NCBI GenBank assembly: GCA_039028315.1
Contig: JBCCIH010000001.1
Span: forward strand, 1-43,533
Origin: Thermodesulfobacteriota bacterium
GTDB taxonomy: Bacteria > Desulfobacterota_D > UBA1144 > Nemesobacterales > UBA2774
Reading direction: 5' to 3'
DNA: 43,533 nucleotides
The notes below the pieces were generated by a model. The model did no database searches and was not told the origin of the DNA. It saw nothing but the letters and a program-made list of their open reading frames with translations. Both the position numbers and the translations under genes were made by a program. This document shows, in pieces, positions 29,193 to 37,331 of this stretch (position 1 is the stretch's first letter; each line of letters starts with the position of its first letter).

Positions 29193-30344
29193 ATGTCAAT
29201 TATTAAACTTTCACAAGTGCAAAAAATGGTGCAGGCAACTGCCAAAGAGTTTTCTGAGAAAGAGATAAAACCGGTTGCGGCTATTAACGACAGGGAGCAC
29301 AGATTCCCTAAAGAAATAATTGATAAGATGTCGGAGCTTGGGTTTATGGGCATGACTGTGCCTGAGGAGTATGGCGGAGGCGGTGCTGATGCACTGTCCT
29401 ATACAATAGCAATTGAAGAAATATCCAAAGCATGTGCAGCAACTGGAACAATAATGCTGGACCACAATTCGCTCGGATGTGCTCCGATCGTTTCATTCGG
29501 TAATGAAGATCAGAAAAATATCTATCTACCGGATCTTGCTACTGGCAAAAAGCTTGGCTGTTTTATGCTCAGTGAAGCCGAAGCCGGATCAGACGCAGCT
29601 TCATTGAAAACGACTGCCGCATTAAACGGCAGTCAATATGTTCTAAATGGAGCAAAATCATGGGTAACTAATGGAGCGGAAGCAGATCTTGCTATAGTTT
29701 TTGCCGCAACTGATCCTAGTTTAAAACATAAAGGCATTTCCGCATTTATTGTGGATATGAAAAGCCCCGGCCTACAAGTTGGAAAGCTTGAGGATAAGCT
29801 TGGGATAAGGGCCTCCAGCACAGCTCAGATATTTTTTGAGGACTGCGCAGTTCCAGCAGAAAATATGCTCGGAAATGAGGGTGATGGATTTAAAGTTGCT
29901 CTTCATATACTTGATGCGGGTAGGATTGGCGTTGCCTCCCAAGCGGTAGGCATCGCACAGGCAGCACTTGAAGCATCTGTAAGTTATGCAAAAGAAAGAC
30001 AGGCATTTGGAAAACCTATATCAGATTTTCAAGGTCTTCAGTTTATGATGGCTGATATGGCCACTAAAGTGGAAGCCTCAAGGTTACTAGTCTGGCAGTC
30101 AGCGGTTATGAAAGACAATAGTCTAAAATTTGGAAAACAATCAGCCATGGCAAAACTTTATGCTGCGGAAACGGCAATGTGGGTTACCACTAAGGCCATA
30201 CAAATCCACGGCGGATATGGATACACCACTGACTATCCAGTTGAAAGATATTTTAGAGATGCAAAGATTACTGAAATTTATGAAGGCACCTCTGAGATTC
30301 AAAGAATAGTAATAGCAAGGGAATTACTAAAAGAGATACAATAA
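29193..30344 (+). CDS. Acyl-CoA dehydrogenase (short/medium-chain, butyryl-CoA dehydrogenase-like)
   Basis: 383 aa. Contains [52 protein letters not shown] (catalytic Glu context). Confidence 0.95.
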   Translation: MSIIKLSQVQKMVQATAKEFSEKEIKPVAAINDREHRFPKEIIDKMSELGFMGMTVPEEYGGGGADALSYTIAIEEISKACAATGTIMLDHNSLGCAPIVSFGNEDQKNIYLPDLATGKKLGCFMLSEAEAGSDAASLKTTAALNGSQYVLNGAKSWVTNGAEADLAIVFAATDPSLKHKGISAFIVDMKSPGLQVGKLEDKLGIRASSTAQIFFEDCAVPAENMLGNEGDGFKVALHILDAGRIGVASQAVGIAQAALEASVSYAKERQAFGKPISDFQGLQFMMADMATKVEASRLLVWQSAVMKDNSLKFGKQSAMAKLYAAETAMWVTTKAIQIHGGYGYTTDYPVERYFRDAKITEIYEGTSEIQRIVIARELLKEIQ

Positions 30345-30346
30345 AA

Positions 30347-30380
30347 AAGAAGCCCTTTAGGTTTCCCTAAAGAGCTTCTT
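30347..30380. terminator. Stem-loop between convergent genes
   Basis: AAGAAGCCCTTTAGG-TTTC-CCTAAAGAGCTTCTT, a 15-bp stem with one mismatch, flanked by A-rich and T-rich tracts. Confidence 0.55.
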
Positions 30381-30470
30381 TCCTTAAAGAAGGAGGGTAT
30401 AGGATGTCGTTTTTGAAATTCACTAATTACGATGCATTCTTTCCAAAAAAGGATTCCAGGTAAATCTGAT

Positions 30471-30980
30471 TTACTTTTTTGAAATCGCCTGGGCCCATCC
30501 TCTTAGAATTTTAACAGTTATATAATCCCCTACTTTAATATTAGATGCTTTATCATTTGAGGCTGACACATTAAATACTTTGTCATTAGACAGTTTTATG
30601 CTCAGAAGACTGTCCGTCTCTCCTGTATTTATTGCTTCTACAGTACCTGCAACCCACTGAGGGCTGCTTTTTTTCTTGTCAGGCGCAGGGCTTGCTTGCG
30701 AAGATGTATCCGCTTTTTCAATCAGCTCCGCCCAGCCTCTATATATTTCTACTGTGATGTTGTCCCCGATCTGTAGATTTTTTAACTGCTCCGGGCTTAC
30801 AGAGATATTATAGTTCTCTCCATCTGCCATTTTTAAACTAATAATAGCGCCGTCTTGATCTTGAAATATTGATGATACCTGCCCGCTCACCCATATAGGC
30901 GCTTCACCTGATTGTGTCAGCGCTGGTCCTGCAAATATAAGTACTGAAAGAAATAAAGCCAAAGTAGTTATTGCTCTCAT
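30471..30980 (-). CDS. Secreted hypothetical protein made of two homologous roughly 65-aa modules
   Basis: I place the start at MRAITTLALFLSV (ATG 30980, behind GGAGG) rather than the longer track ORF. The two modules end ...LQIGDNITVEIYRGWAELIEK and ...IKVGDYITVKILRGWAQAISKK. Confidence 0.6.
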   Translation of the reverse strand: MRAITTLALFLSVLIFAGPALTQSGEAPIWVSGQVSSIFQDQDGAIISLKMADGENYNISVSPEQLKNLQIGDNITVEIYRGWAELIEKADTSSQASPAPDKKKSSPQWVAGTVEAINTGETDSLLSIKLSNDKVFNVSASNDKASNIKVGDYITVKILRGWAQAISKK

Positions 30981-31129
30981 TTTAACACCTCCGTGTGATT
31001 TAAACATACCGCCGTACATTGCATTTTAATTTGTACCAAGTGTTAAAGCAATTGTTTTTTAAAGTTGTTTTTAAATATGCTTGCCGCCATGTAAACTATG
31101 CTCAAAATGATAATAAAAAGGAAGATGCA

Positions 31130-31495
31130 ATGCCTATATTTATTGAAAAACCCTCGATAATCGAAGCTGCAGGAAATAAGCCCAAAAAGATTGAAGAGTA
31201 CGCTGGAAGGGTCAATTCTGAACAATCAAATGTTAGTGTTGCGCGCATGACATCACCACAGGGATGGGTTGAGCCCGGGCAGCGCCCAGAATTTGAGGAA
31301 CTCACGGTAGTACTTGAAGGCACGCTCGTAGTTGAGCATGAAAAAGGAACACTCGAAGTAAATTCCGGTCAGGCTGTCATTACAAAACCGGGTGAGTGGG
31401 TTAGATACAGCACCCCTAATGAGGGCGGTGCAAAATATATAGCAGTATGTCTTCCGGCTTTCTCCCCAGATTCTGTTCACAGGGACGATGAATAA
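31130..31495 (+). CDS. Cupin domain protein
   Basis: I place the start at MPIFIEK (ATG 31130, behind AAGGAAG). The longer track start would overlap the divergent gene. Cupin beta-strand pattern: ...ELTVVLEGTLVVEHEKGTLEVNSGQAVITKPGEWVRY. Confidence 0.7.
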   Translation: MPIFIEKPSIIEAAGNKPKKIEEYAGRVNSEQSNVSVARMTSPQGWVEPGQRPEFEELTVVLEGTLVVEHEKGTLEVNSGQAVITKPGEWVRYSTPNEGGAKYIAVCLPAFSPDSVHRDDE

Positions 31496-32073
31496 TGAAC
31501 AGGAAAACGAAAAAGCGCTGTGAGTGGTGCGGTACTGAACCAATTTATGTTGATTACCACGATAAAGAGTGGGGAGTGCCTGTACATGATGACAGGCTTC
31601 ATTTTGAGATGATCATTCTAGATGGCGCTCAGGCCGGGCTGAGCTGGATCACTATATTAAAAAGAAGAGACTCTTACAGAGAAGCTTTTGACAACTTTGA
31701 TGTGGAGAAGGTATCTAAATACTCTGAAAAAAAGATTGAAAAGCTTCTAACCAACCCTGGGATTATTAGAAATAGATTAAAGGTTAATTCTACTGTTCAG
31801 AACGCCAACGCCTTTTTGAAAATTCAAGATGAATTTGGATCCTTTGATAGCTATATTTGGCAATTTGTGGGCAATAATACTATTGAAAACAAATGGAAAA
31901 AAATGAGCGAGGTTCCAGCTAAAACAGCCGAGTCCGACGCCATGAGTAAAGACCTAAAAAAAAGAGGGTTTAGCTTTGTTGGCTCTACTATATGCTATGC
32001 ATATATGCAAGCCGCGGGGATGGTTAATGATCACACCGTCTCTTGTTATAGATATGAGGAATTAAAGGCCTAA
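31495..32073 (+). CDS. tag: DNA-3-methyladenine glycosylase I
   Basis: Contains RCEWCGTEPIYVDYHDKEWGVPVHDD..LFE.IILDGAQAGLSW and ...VNDH...C. Confidence 0.93.
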   Translation: MNRKTKKRCEWCGTEPIYVDYHDKEWGVPVHDDRLHFEMIILDGAQAGLSWITILKRRDSYREAFDNFDVEKVSKYSEKKIEKLLTNPGIIRNRLKVNSTVQNANAFLKIQDEFGSFDSYIWQFVGNNTIENKWKKMSEVPAKTAESDAMSKDLKKRGFSFVGSTICYAYMQAAGMVNDHTVSCYRYEELKA

Positions 32074-32080
32074 AATCGGA

Positions 32081-33661
32081 TCAGGCGTTTTCTCTGGCTT
32101 TTTTTGCTTTGGTGATAAATGGGCCTTTGCCTTTCTTCTTACCATGGAAATATGAGAGTAGTACTTCTGCATCATGAAAAGGAAGTGTAACGAATGAGAA
32201 TTTATCAAGAATTTGTATATCTCTTATTTTCTTACTTTTAATCCCGCACTTGTTCTGAATAAAATGTATAAGTTTTTGAGATGTGAGGCCATCTTTTTTT
32301 CCTTGGGTTACAAATAGCCTAGTTTTACCTTTGGTATCTACGAGCGCTTCGCCAATCTGAGTGTAATTTTTCTCATCAAGTTCATCTTGAAATGAGTATT
32401 CTAGTAGTGCGGCAATAATTTCTTCAGGATTGCTCGCTTCCAAAAGCTCCCGTGACATCTCAACATATTCATAGCGGGGGCTTGATCTAACTATATCTCC
32501 GAGAACATTTTTAATTCTTGTTTTTTTTGTATTTATTACATCTTTCACACCCGGCAGTTTTGCTTTGCGTATATCAGTTTTTGTTTCCCTGCTTATATAT
32601 CTAAGTTTTCGGTATTCCTCAGGGGTAATAAAAGTTATGGCATTTCCTTCTTTTCCAGCTCTTCCTGTGCGTCCTATCCTGTGCACATATGATTCTGCAT
32701 CCTGTGGTAAGGAGAAATTAATTACATGAGATAGATCATGAACATCTATTCCTCTTGCTGCCACATCTGTCGCTACAAGAACATTTATCATTCTTTTCTT
32801 GAATTTTTTTAGAATTTTTTCTCTTTGGGGCTGGGAAATATCACCATGAAGCGCATCTGCATCATAACCCCTTTCTACTAAGTGGTTTGAAATGATGTCT
32901 ACATCCTTTTTTGTTCTGCAAAATACCAGCCCATAGAACTCCTCTTCTATATCAATTATTCTACAAAGCGCTTCAAATTTATCCGATGCAGAGACTTCAA
33001 AGTAAATCTGATCAGTTTGAGTTACTGTAAGCTGCCCTTTGGTGACTTTAAACTCATCGAACTCCCTCATGTGCTCTCTTGCAATCTGCATAATTTCTTT
33101 TGGCATCGTTGCAGAGAAGAGCATAGTTCTTTTATGCTCTGAAGTGTGTTTCATTATATTTCTAACATCATCCAAAAACCCCATATTTAGCATCTCATCT
33201 GCTTCATCAAGAACCAAAAACGAAATTTTTGCTAATTTTAATGTTCCTCGGTCAATGTGGTCCTGGACTCTTCCAGGTGTTCCGATAACAATGTCAACTC
33301 CCTTCTTGAGTGCTCTTAGCTGCTGGTTAATTGCTTGTCCACCGTAAATAGGTATAACTGTAAGCTTCTTTTTTCCTTTAAGTGAATGTATTTCTTCAGC
33401 AACTTGAATAGCGAGCTCTCTAGTTGGTGTCAGAACAAGTGCCTGTACATTTGAGGCATGTTCGTCCAAGAGTTCAATCATCGGAAGCCCGAATGCAGCT
33501 GTTTTGCCAGTTCCCGTCTGGGCCTGGGCAACTACGTCTTTTGACCCTTGAAGTATTGCAGGAATAGTGATTTCCTGAATCGGTGTTGGTACTTCAAAAC
33601 CCTTTTTGGTAAGGACTTTAAGCGTTCCCTTGGTTAAACCTAGCTCATCAAATGACAACAT
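32081..33661 (-). CDS. DEAD-box ATP-dependent RNA helicase (DeaD/CsdA-like, C-terminal DbpA-type RNA-binding domain)
   Basis: 526 aa. Contains the Q-motif, AQTGTGKTAAF, PTRELA, LVLDEADEML, SAT and HRIGRTGRAG, plus a C-terminal ...RLFVTQGKKDGL... block. Confidence 0.95.
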   Translation of the reverse strand: MLSFDELGLTKGTLKVLTKKGFEVPTPIQEITIPAILQGSKDVVAQAQTGTGKTAAFGLPMIELLDEHASNVQALVLTPTRELAIQVAEEIHSLKGKKKLTVIPIYGGQAINQQLRALKKGVDIVIGTPGRVQDHIDRGTLKLAKISFLVLDEADEMLNMGFLDDVRNIMKHTSEHKRTMLFSATMPKEIMQIAREHMREFDEFKVTKGQLTVTQTDQIYFEVSASDKFEALCRIIDIEEEFYGLVFCRTKKDVDIISNHLVERGYDADALHGDISQPQREKILKKFKKRMINVLVATDVAARGIDVHDLSHVINFSLPQDAESYVHRIGRTGRAGKEGNAITFITPEEYRKLRYISRETKTDIRKAKLPGVKDVINTKKTRIKNVLGDIVRSSPRYEYVEMSRELLEASNPEEIIAALLEYSFQDELDEKNYTQIGEALVDTKGKTRLFVTQGKKDGLTSQKLIHFIQNKCGIKSKKIRDIQILDKFSFVTLPFHDAEVLLSYFHGKKKGKGPFITKAKKARENA

Positions 33662-33888
33662 CTATTTTAATACTCCCGTCATATATCCAAAGCATTGAAG
33701 TATATGATTTTTTAAATTCTTAGATTACCGGAAAGTCACAACATTTAAGTAAAATATTAAAAGTCTAAAAAGTTTTAACCTTCATATTGCTCAAATAAAT
33801 TTCAATTCTGATTTGAGAAGACTACACCCGATATTCAAATATGCAATAATGAGTGTATTTATTGGTATATAAAAGTAATATCAAATAT

Positions 33889-33917
33889 TTGACAGATACC
33901 TATTAAAAATATACAAT
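33889..33917 (+). promoter_or_regulatory. Near-consensus sigma-70 promoter of the Fur-family/ECF operon
   Basis: TTGACA (33889-33894), a 17-nt spacer, then TACAAT (33912-33917). Confidence 0.5.
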
Positions 33918-33936
33918 TGAGAAACTTTCTCAATTG
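33914..33936. promoter_or_regulatory. Perfect 11-1-11 palindrome, candidate Fur-family operator
   Basis: CAATTGAGAAA-C-TTTCTCAATTG. It contains a 7-1-7 core, TGAGAAA-C-TTTCTCA. It overlaps the -10 hexamer and lies 45 nt upstream of the regulator gene. Confidence 0.55.
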
Positions 33937-33980
33937 GGATGGGTTGAAGTACAGAATTTATATCTTGATCAACAGCAGGT

Positions 33981-34457
33981 GTGATGGGACAAGTAATCTC
34001 CATAGAAAATATAAAAAAGATAGCACAAGTATTTCATGATAGAGGGTTTAAATGTACCCCTCAGAGGCTTGCTGTATTAAAGGTTCTTCAGGATACAAGA
34101 GCGTCTCTATCAATAAATACTATTCATTCAAAAGTTAAAGAACATTTGCCTGACACTGGGCTTGCCACCGTATACAGGTCTCTGGAAGTTCTGGTCGATC
34201 TTAATCTAGCTCTGAAACTACCACTTGAAGATGGCTCCCAGAGTTACGCTATAGCGCCAGATGGCCACCTTCATCCGATACTATGCACAGATTGTAAAAA
34301 GGTAATTGACTTTGCAGAGTGTCCACTTGATGACCTGGCAAAAAAAATAACCCAAGACACGGGCATAGAGATTAATACACACTTTCTTCAGTTATTTGGT
34401 AAGTGCGAGGAATGTCAGAGAGAAATGTCAGAGATGAATAAAGGAGCAACAATCTAA
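33981..34457 (+). CDS. Fur family metalloregulator (Fur/Zur/Nur-type, specificity unknown)
   Basis: 158 aa. Contains FKCTPQRLAVLKVL, ATVYRSLEVLVDLNL, HLHPILCTDCKKVIDF and a second CxxC (CEEC). The start is GTG 33981 or ATG 33984. Confidence 0.9.
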   Translation: MMGQVISIENIKKIAQVFHDRGFKCTPQRLAVLKVLQDTRASLSINTIHSKVKEHLPDTGLATVYRSLEVLVDLNLALKLPLEDGSQSYAIAPDGHLHPILCTDCKKVIDFAECPLDDLAKKITQDTGIEINTHFLQLFGKCEECQREMSEMNKGATI

Positions 34458-34458
34458 A

Positions 34459-35172
34459 ATGTCTCATCTACATGTACCAGATGGAGTTCTCCCGGGCTGG
34501 CTAGTACTCGCAGGATGGGTTCTTACGGCAATATTTCTGGCAATATCGATCTACAGGACGAGAAATACGGACATTAAACGCAAGATTCCACTAATTGGAA
34601 TAATCTCCGCCCTAATGATCGTCTGCATGACTCTGCCAATTATTCCTATTGCATATCATTTAAACCTCAGCGTTATTGCAGGAATCATATTGGGACCGGC
34701 TGTGGCATTTATCTCGATTTTTATTGTGGACATTATCATAGCAATGTTTGGTCATGGCGGCATCACTGTGGTCGGAGTTAATACAATGGTAGTCGGGACC
34801 GAGGCATTTATTGGTTACTACCTCTTTCAATTTTTAATAGCTCTAATGGGAAAGAATTCTATAGTGTGGTCATCAGGTCTTGCAGCAGTAATAGCTTTAA
34901 TAATCAGCACAAGTGTATTAGTAGCAGTAGTTTATTTATCACAGATTAACCCAGAGTTTGTAATCGGTGTCGAGGATGAACACACAGCTGAAGTAATCCC
35001 TGAAGAACATATTCCAAAAGAGCTTATTGAGGGGGTTAATATAAAGAGTTTTGCTAAAACTATTATAGTGCTTTTGGCCGTAGGATGGCTTATAGAGGGA
35101 ATAATTACCGGTTTTGTTATTAAATACGTATCACGAGTAAGACCAGATTTAATTTCTACGCAAAGGGCTTAG
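34459..35172 (+). CDS. CbiM/NikM-family ECF transporter substrate-capture (S) component, atypical N-terminus
   Basis: 237 aa with 6-7 TM segments. The N-terminus MSHLHVPDGVLPGW carries the H-[IV]-P-[DE]-G motif of CbiM/NikM. His67 sits in PIAYHLNLS. There is a 1-nt gap after the regulator stop. Confidence 0.82.
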   Translation: MSHLHVPDGVLPGWLVLAGWVLTAIFLAISIYRTRNTDIKRKIPLIGIISALMIVCMTLPIIPIAYHLNLSVIAGIILGPAVAFISIFIVDIIIAMFGHGGITVVGVNTMVVGTEAFIGYYLFQFLIALMGKNSIVWSSGLAAVIALIISTSVLVAVVYLSQINPEFVIGVEDEHTAEVIPEEHIPKELIEGVNIKSFAKTIIVLLAVGWLIEGIITGFVIKYVSRVRPDLISTQRA

Positions 35173-35181
35173 GTTAAGAGT

Positions 35182-35988
35182 ATGGACGTTTCAATAATTG
35201 ATTATTACGCAAATCATGGTGATAGCTTTCTTCACAAGGCAAAACCGTTTTGGAAGATAGTATTCACCACATTGGTTATAGCATCTATTATTCTGACAAA
35301 CGAGTTGTATTTATTGTTAGGAATATACGTTGCGCTATTAAGTCTTGCATTTTGGACGAGGCTTTCAGTTGTTAAGATAGTTACAATCGCTTTATATCCT
35401 GCGTTGTTTGCCCTCATTTTTGCTTTTGCAATGTGGAATGGCAGCTGGATAAGGGCCAGTGTGATCATGCTCAAAGCTCTATCTGCTGCGCTTTGCATGG
35501 TGCTTTTGATTGTAACCACACCTTATCCTGATGTATTTAATGTTATTCGTCCTATTATGCCCAGAATAATTGCAGAAGGTCTATTTGTTACATACAGATC
35601 AGTATTTATTCTCCTTGAACTTACCGATGACCTTATTAAAGGCTTAAAGGTAAGAGGCGGGCTAACAAGAAGAAGGTATTTTTCCAACATTAAGAATTTT
35701 TCATCTGGCATTGGGCTTTTATTGGTGAGAGGATTTGATCTATCTGAAAAGTTCTATGGTGTTATGAATATTAGAGGATACGGAGGAAAAATATCTAGCA
35801 GCAACAACAATTTAACATTTACAAAAAATGATCTTATTACAATGGTTATTGGCCTGATGATATTCGCAGCTGTAATAATGACTCTGATTAATACCAACCT
35901 ACTTAAGCTTAGTGTGTATGTGTTGTTGTTGTCAGTGTGCGCGTTAATTATATCAACAATATATCAGCAAATACGTATTCGAGGATAA
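35182..35988 (+). CDS. ECF transporter transmembrane (T) component, CbiQ/EcfT family
   Basis: 268 aa and polytopic. It has the Arg-rich coupling region ...LIKGLKVRGGLTRRRY... and sits between the M-like and ATPase genes. Confidence 0.78.
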   Translation: MDVSIIDYYANHGDSFLHKAKPFWKIVFTTLVIASIILTNELYLLLGIYVALLSLAFWTRLSVVKIVTIALYPALFALIFAFAMWNGSWIRASVIMLKALSAALCMVLLIVTTPYPDVFNVIRPIMPRIIAEGLFVTYRSVFILLELTDDLIKGLKVRGGLTRRRYFSNIKNFSSGIGLLLVRGFDLSEKFYGVMNIRGYGGKISSSNNNLTFTKNDLITMVIGLMIFAAVIMTLINTNLLKLSVYVLLLSVCALIISTIYQQIRIRG

Positions 35989-35991
35989 AAT

Positions 35992-36849
35992 TTGGAAAAT
36001 CTCGTACATGTTAGTAATGTAAAATTCAACTATCCTGACGGAACGTCGCTAGTATTTGACGGTGAGGAATTTAACGTCGACAAAAGTGAGCGTGTTGTAA
36101 TCCTAGGGCCCAACGGCAGCGGCAAATCTACTCTCATATCTCTGCTCCTAGGTTTGCTTAAGTCATCCGATGGCGAGATCCAAGTGCTAGGAGTAGACCC
36201 CGGTGCTGACTTTGAGAAAGTAAGAGAGCGCATAGGGGTTTTACTTCAAAATGTGGATCTACAGATTATTGCTCCCAAAGTTTATGATGATATATCTTTT
36301 TCTCCAAGAAATTACGGATATAGTGAGGAAGAAATAGAAAGCTTAGTTGATGACATTCTTGTTAAGCTTGAAATAGAGCATTTAAAAGATAAGGTGCCGC
36401 ACTATATGAGCGGTGGTGAGAAGGCTAAAGTAGGAATTGCAGGAGCTCTGGTTACAAAACCCGAGCTGTTAATATTAGATGAGCCATTTGAGCACATTGA
36501 TCCTACTTGCAGACGAGAATTAATTGAGCTGTTAAATGATATCAATAGAGAAAATGGGACTGCTATTATTTTATCAACTCATAATATGAACACCGTTCCA
36601 ATGATTGCAGACACTGTATATCTTATTGCCCAAGGCGGCCGTATTGTATCAAAGGGAACACCCAAAGAAATATTTTCTGAAATTGATAAGCTTGCCCAGT
36701 GTCATATCGAGCCCCCTATTTTGGGTTCACTTTTTGAAGAGCTAAGAAAAAGGGGTATTTACATGGAAACCTCGCTTACAGTAGACGAGGCAGCAAGCTC
36801 CATTGCAGATGAGATTTTATCAACGAAAAACAAATCAGGTGTGCTATGA
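35992..36849 (+). CDS. ECF/ABC transporter ATP-binding protein (CbiO/EcfA-like)
   Basis: TTG start behind GAGGA. Walker A GPNGSGKST, signature MSGGEKAKV, Walker B LLILDEP, H-loop STHN. Confidence 0.93.
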   Translation: MENLVHVSNVKFNYPDGTSLVFDGEEFNVDKSERVVILGPNGSGKSTLISLLLGLLKSSDGEIQVLGVDPGADFEKVRERIGVLLQNVDLQIIAPKVYDDISFSPRNYGYSEEEIESLVDDILVKLEIEHLKDKVPHYMSGGEKAKVGIAGALVTKPELLILDEPFEHIDPTCRRELIELLNDINRENGTAIILSTHNMNTVPMIADTVYLIAQGGRIVSKGTPKEIFSEIDKLAQCHIEPPILGSLFEELRKRGIYMETSLTVDEAASSIADEILSTKNKSGVL

Positions 36850-37175
36850 AAAGAATAAGAGATATGCACAACAACAAATTATCTAGGGTGTTTTTCACAA
36901 CTCTTGCGCTCTTATTCGTATTCTCTTTGAGTTTCCATACACACGAACACAGTGATTCTGAATCTTTATCAATACATGCTGAGAGTCATTCTGAGCATTC
37001 AGTTAAAGATTGCTCAGCTTGTCTTCTGCAAAGTAGCCTACAAAACCCAAAAACAGGTCTTTTACTTGATAACAATGAACTAGGTTTAATCTTTAGATAT
37101 AAAGTTATAGAATTTACTCTCACTAATTCCTTCTTTAACATAGATAGGCCATCTAGGGCCCCACCGTTTTCTTAA
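36846..37175 (+). CDS. Small His-rich membrane-anchored protein (candidate metal-handling accessory subunit)
   Basis: 109 aa. Its ATG overlaps the ATPase stop (ATGA). It has one TM or signal anchor (VFFTTLALLFVFSLSF), then HTHEHSDSESLSIHAESHSEHSVKDCSAC, and it ends ...RPSRAPPFS. Confidence 0.6.
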   Translation: MKRIRDMHNNKLSRVFFTTLALLFVFSLSFHTHEHSDSESLSIHAESHSEHSVKDCSACLLQSSLQNPKTGLLLDNNELGLIFRYKVIEFTLTNSFFNIDRPSRAPPFS

Positions 37176-37224
37176 CCCGATCTCTGCAATTGGGAAGGCT
37201 AAAAATAGAACTCTATATTGTTTA

Positions 37225-37249
37225 GAAAATTTCGAACTTTGAAATTCTC
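37225..37249. promoter_or_regulatory. Imperfect 12-1-12 palindrome upstream of the OM-barrel/ZnuABC-like block
   Basis: GAAAATTTCGAA-C-TTTGAAATTCTC, with 10 of 12 arm positions complementary. The half-site differs from the 33914 palindrome. Confidence 0.25.
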
Positions 37250-37331
37250 ATAGGCATTATGTCTATCTAAAACCCAATTTGCAGCTTAAGTTGCAATTCA
37301 GATATTACAACTAATTTATTGGAGGTGCAGT

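Noticed and set aside
30981-31129. Longer N-terminal extensions of the two divergent ORFs (track starts both at 31019).
   Set aside because: The extensions would make the genes overlap head to head. Each internal ATG has a proper Shine-Dalgarno, and one begins a clean signal peptide.
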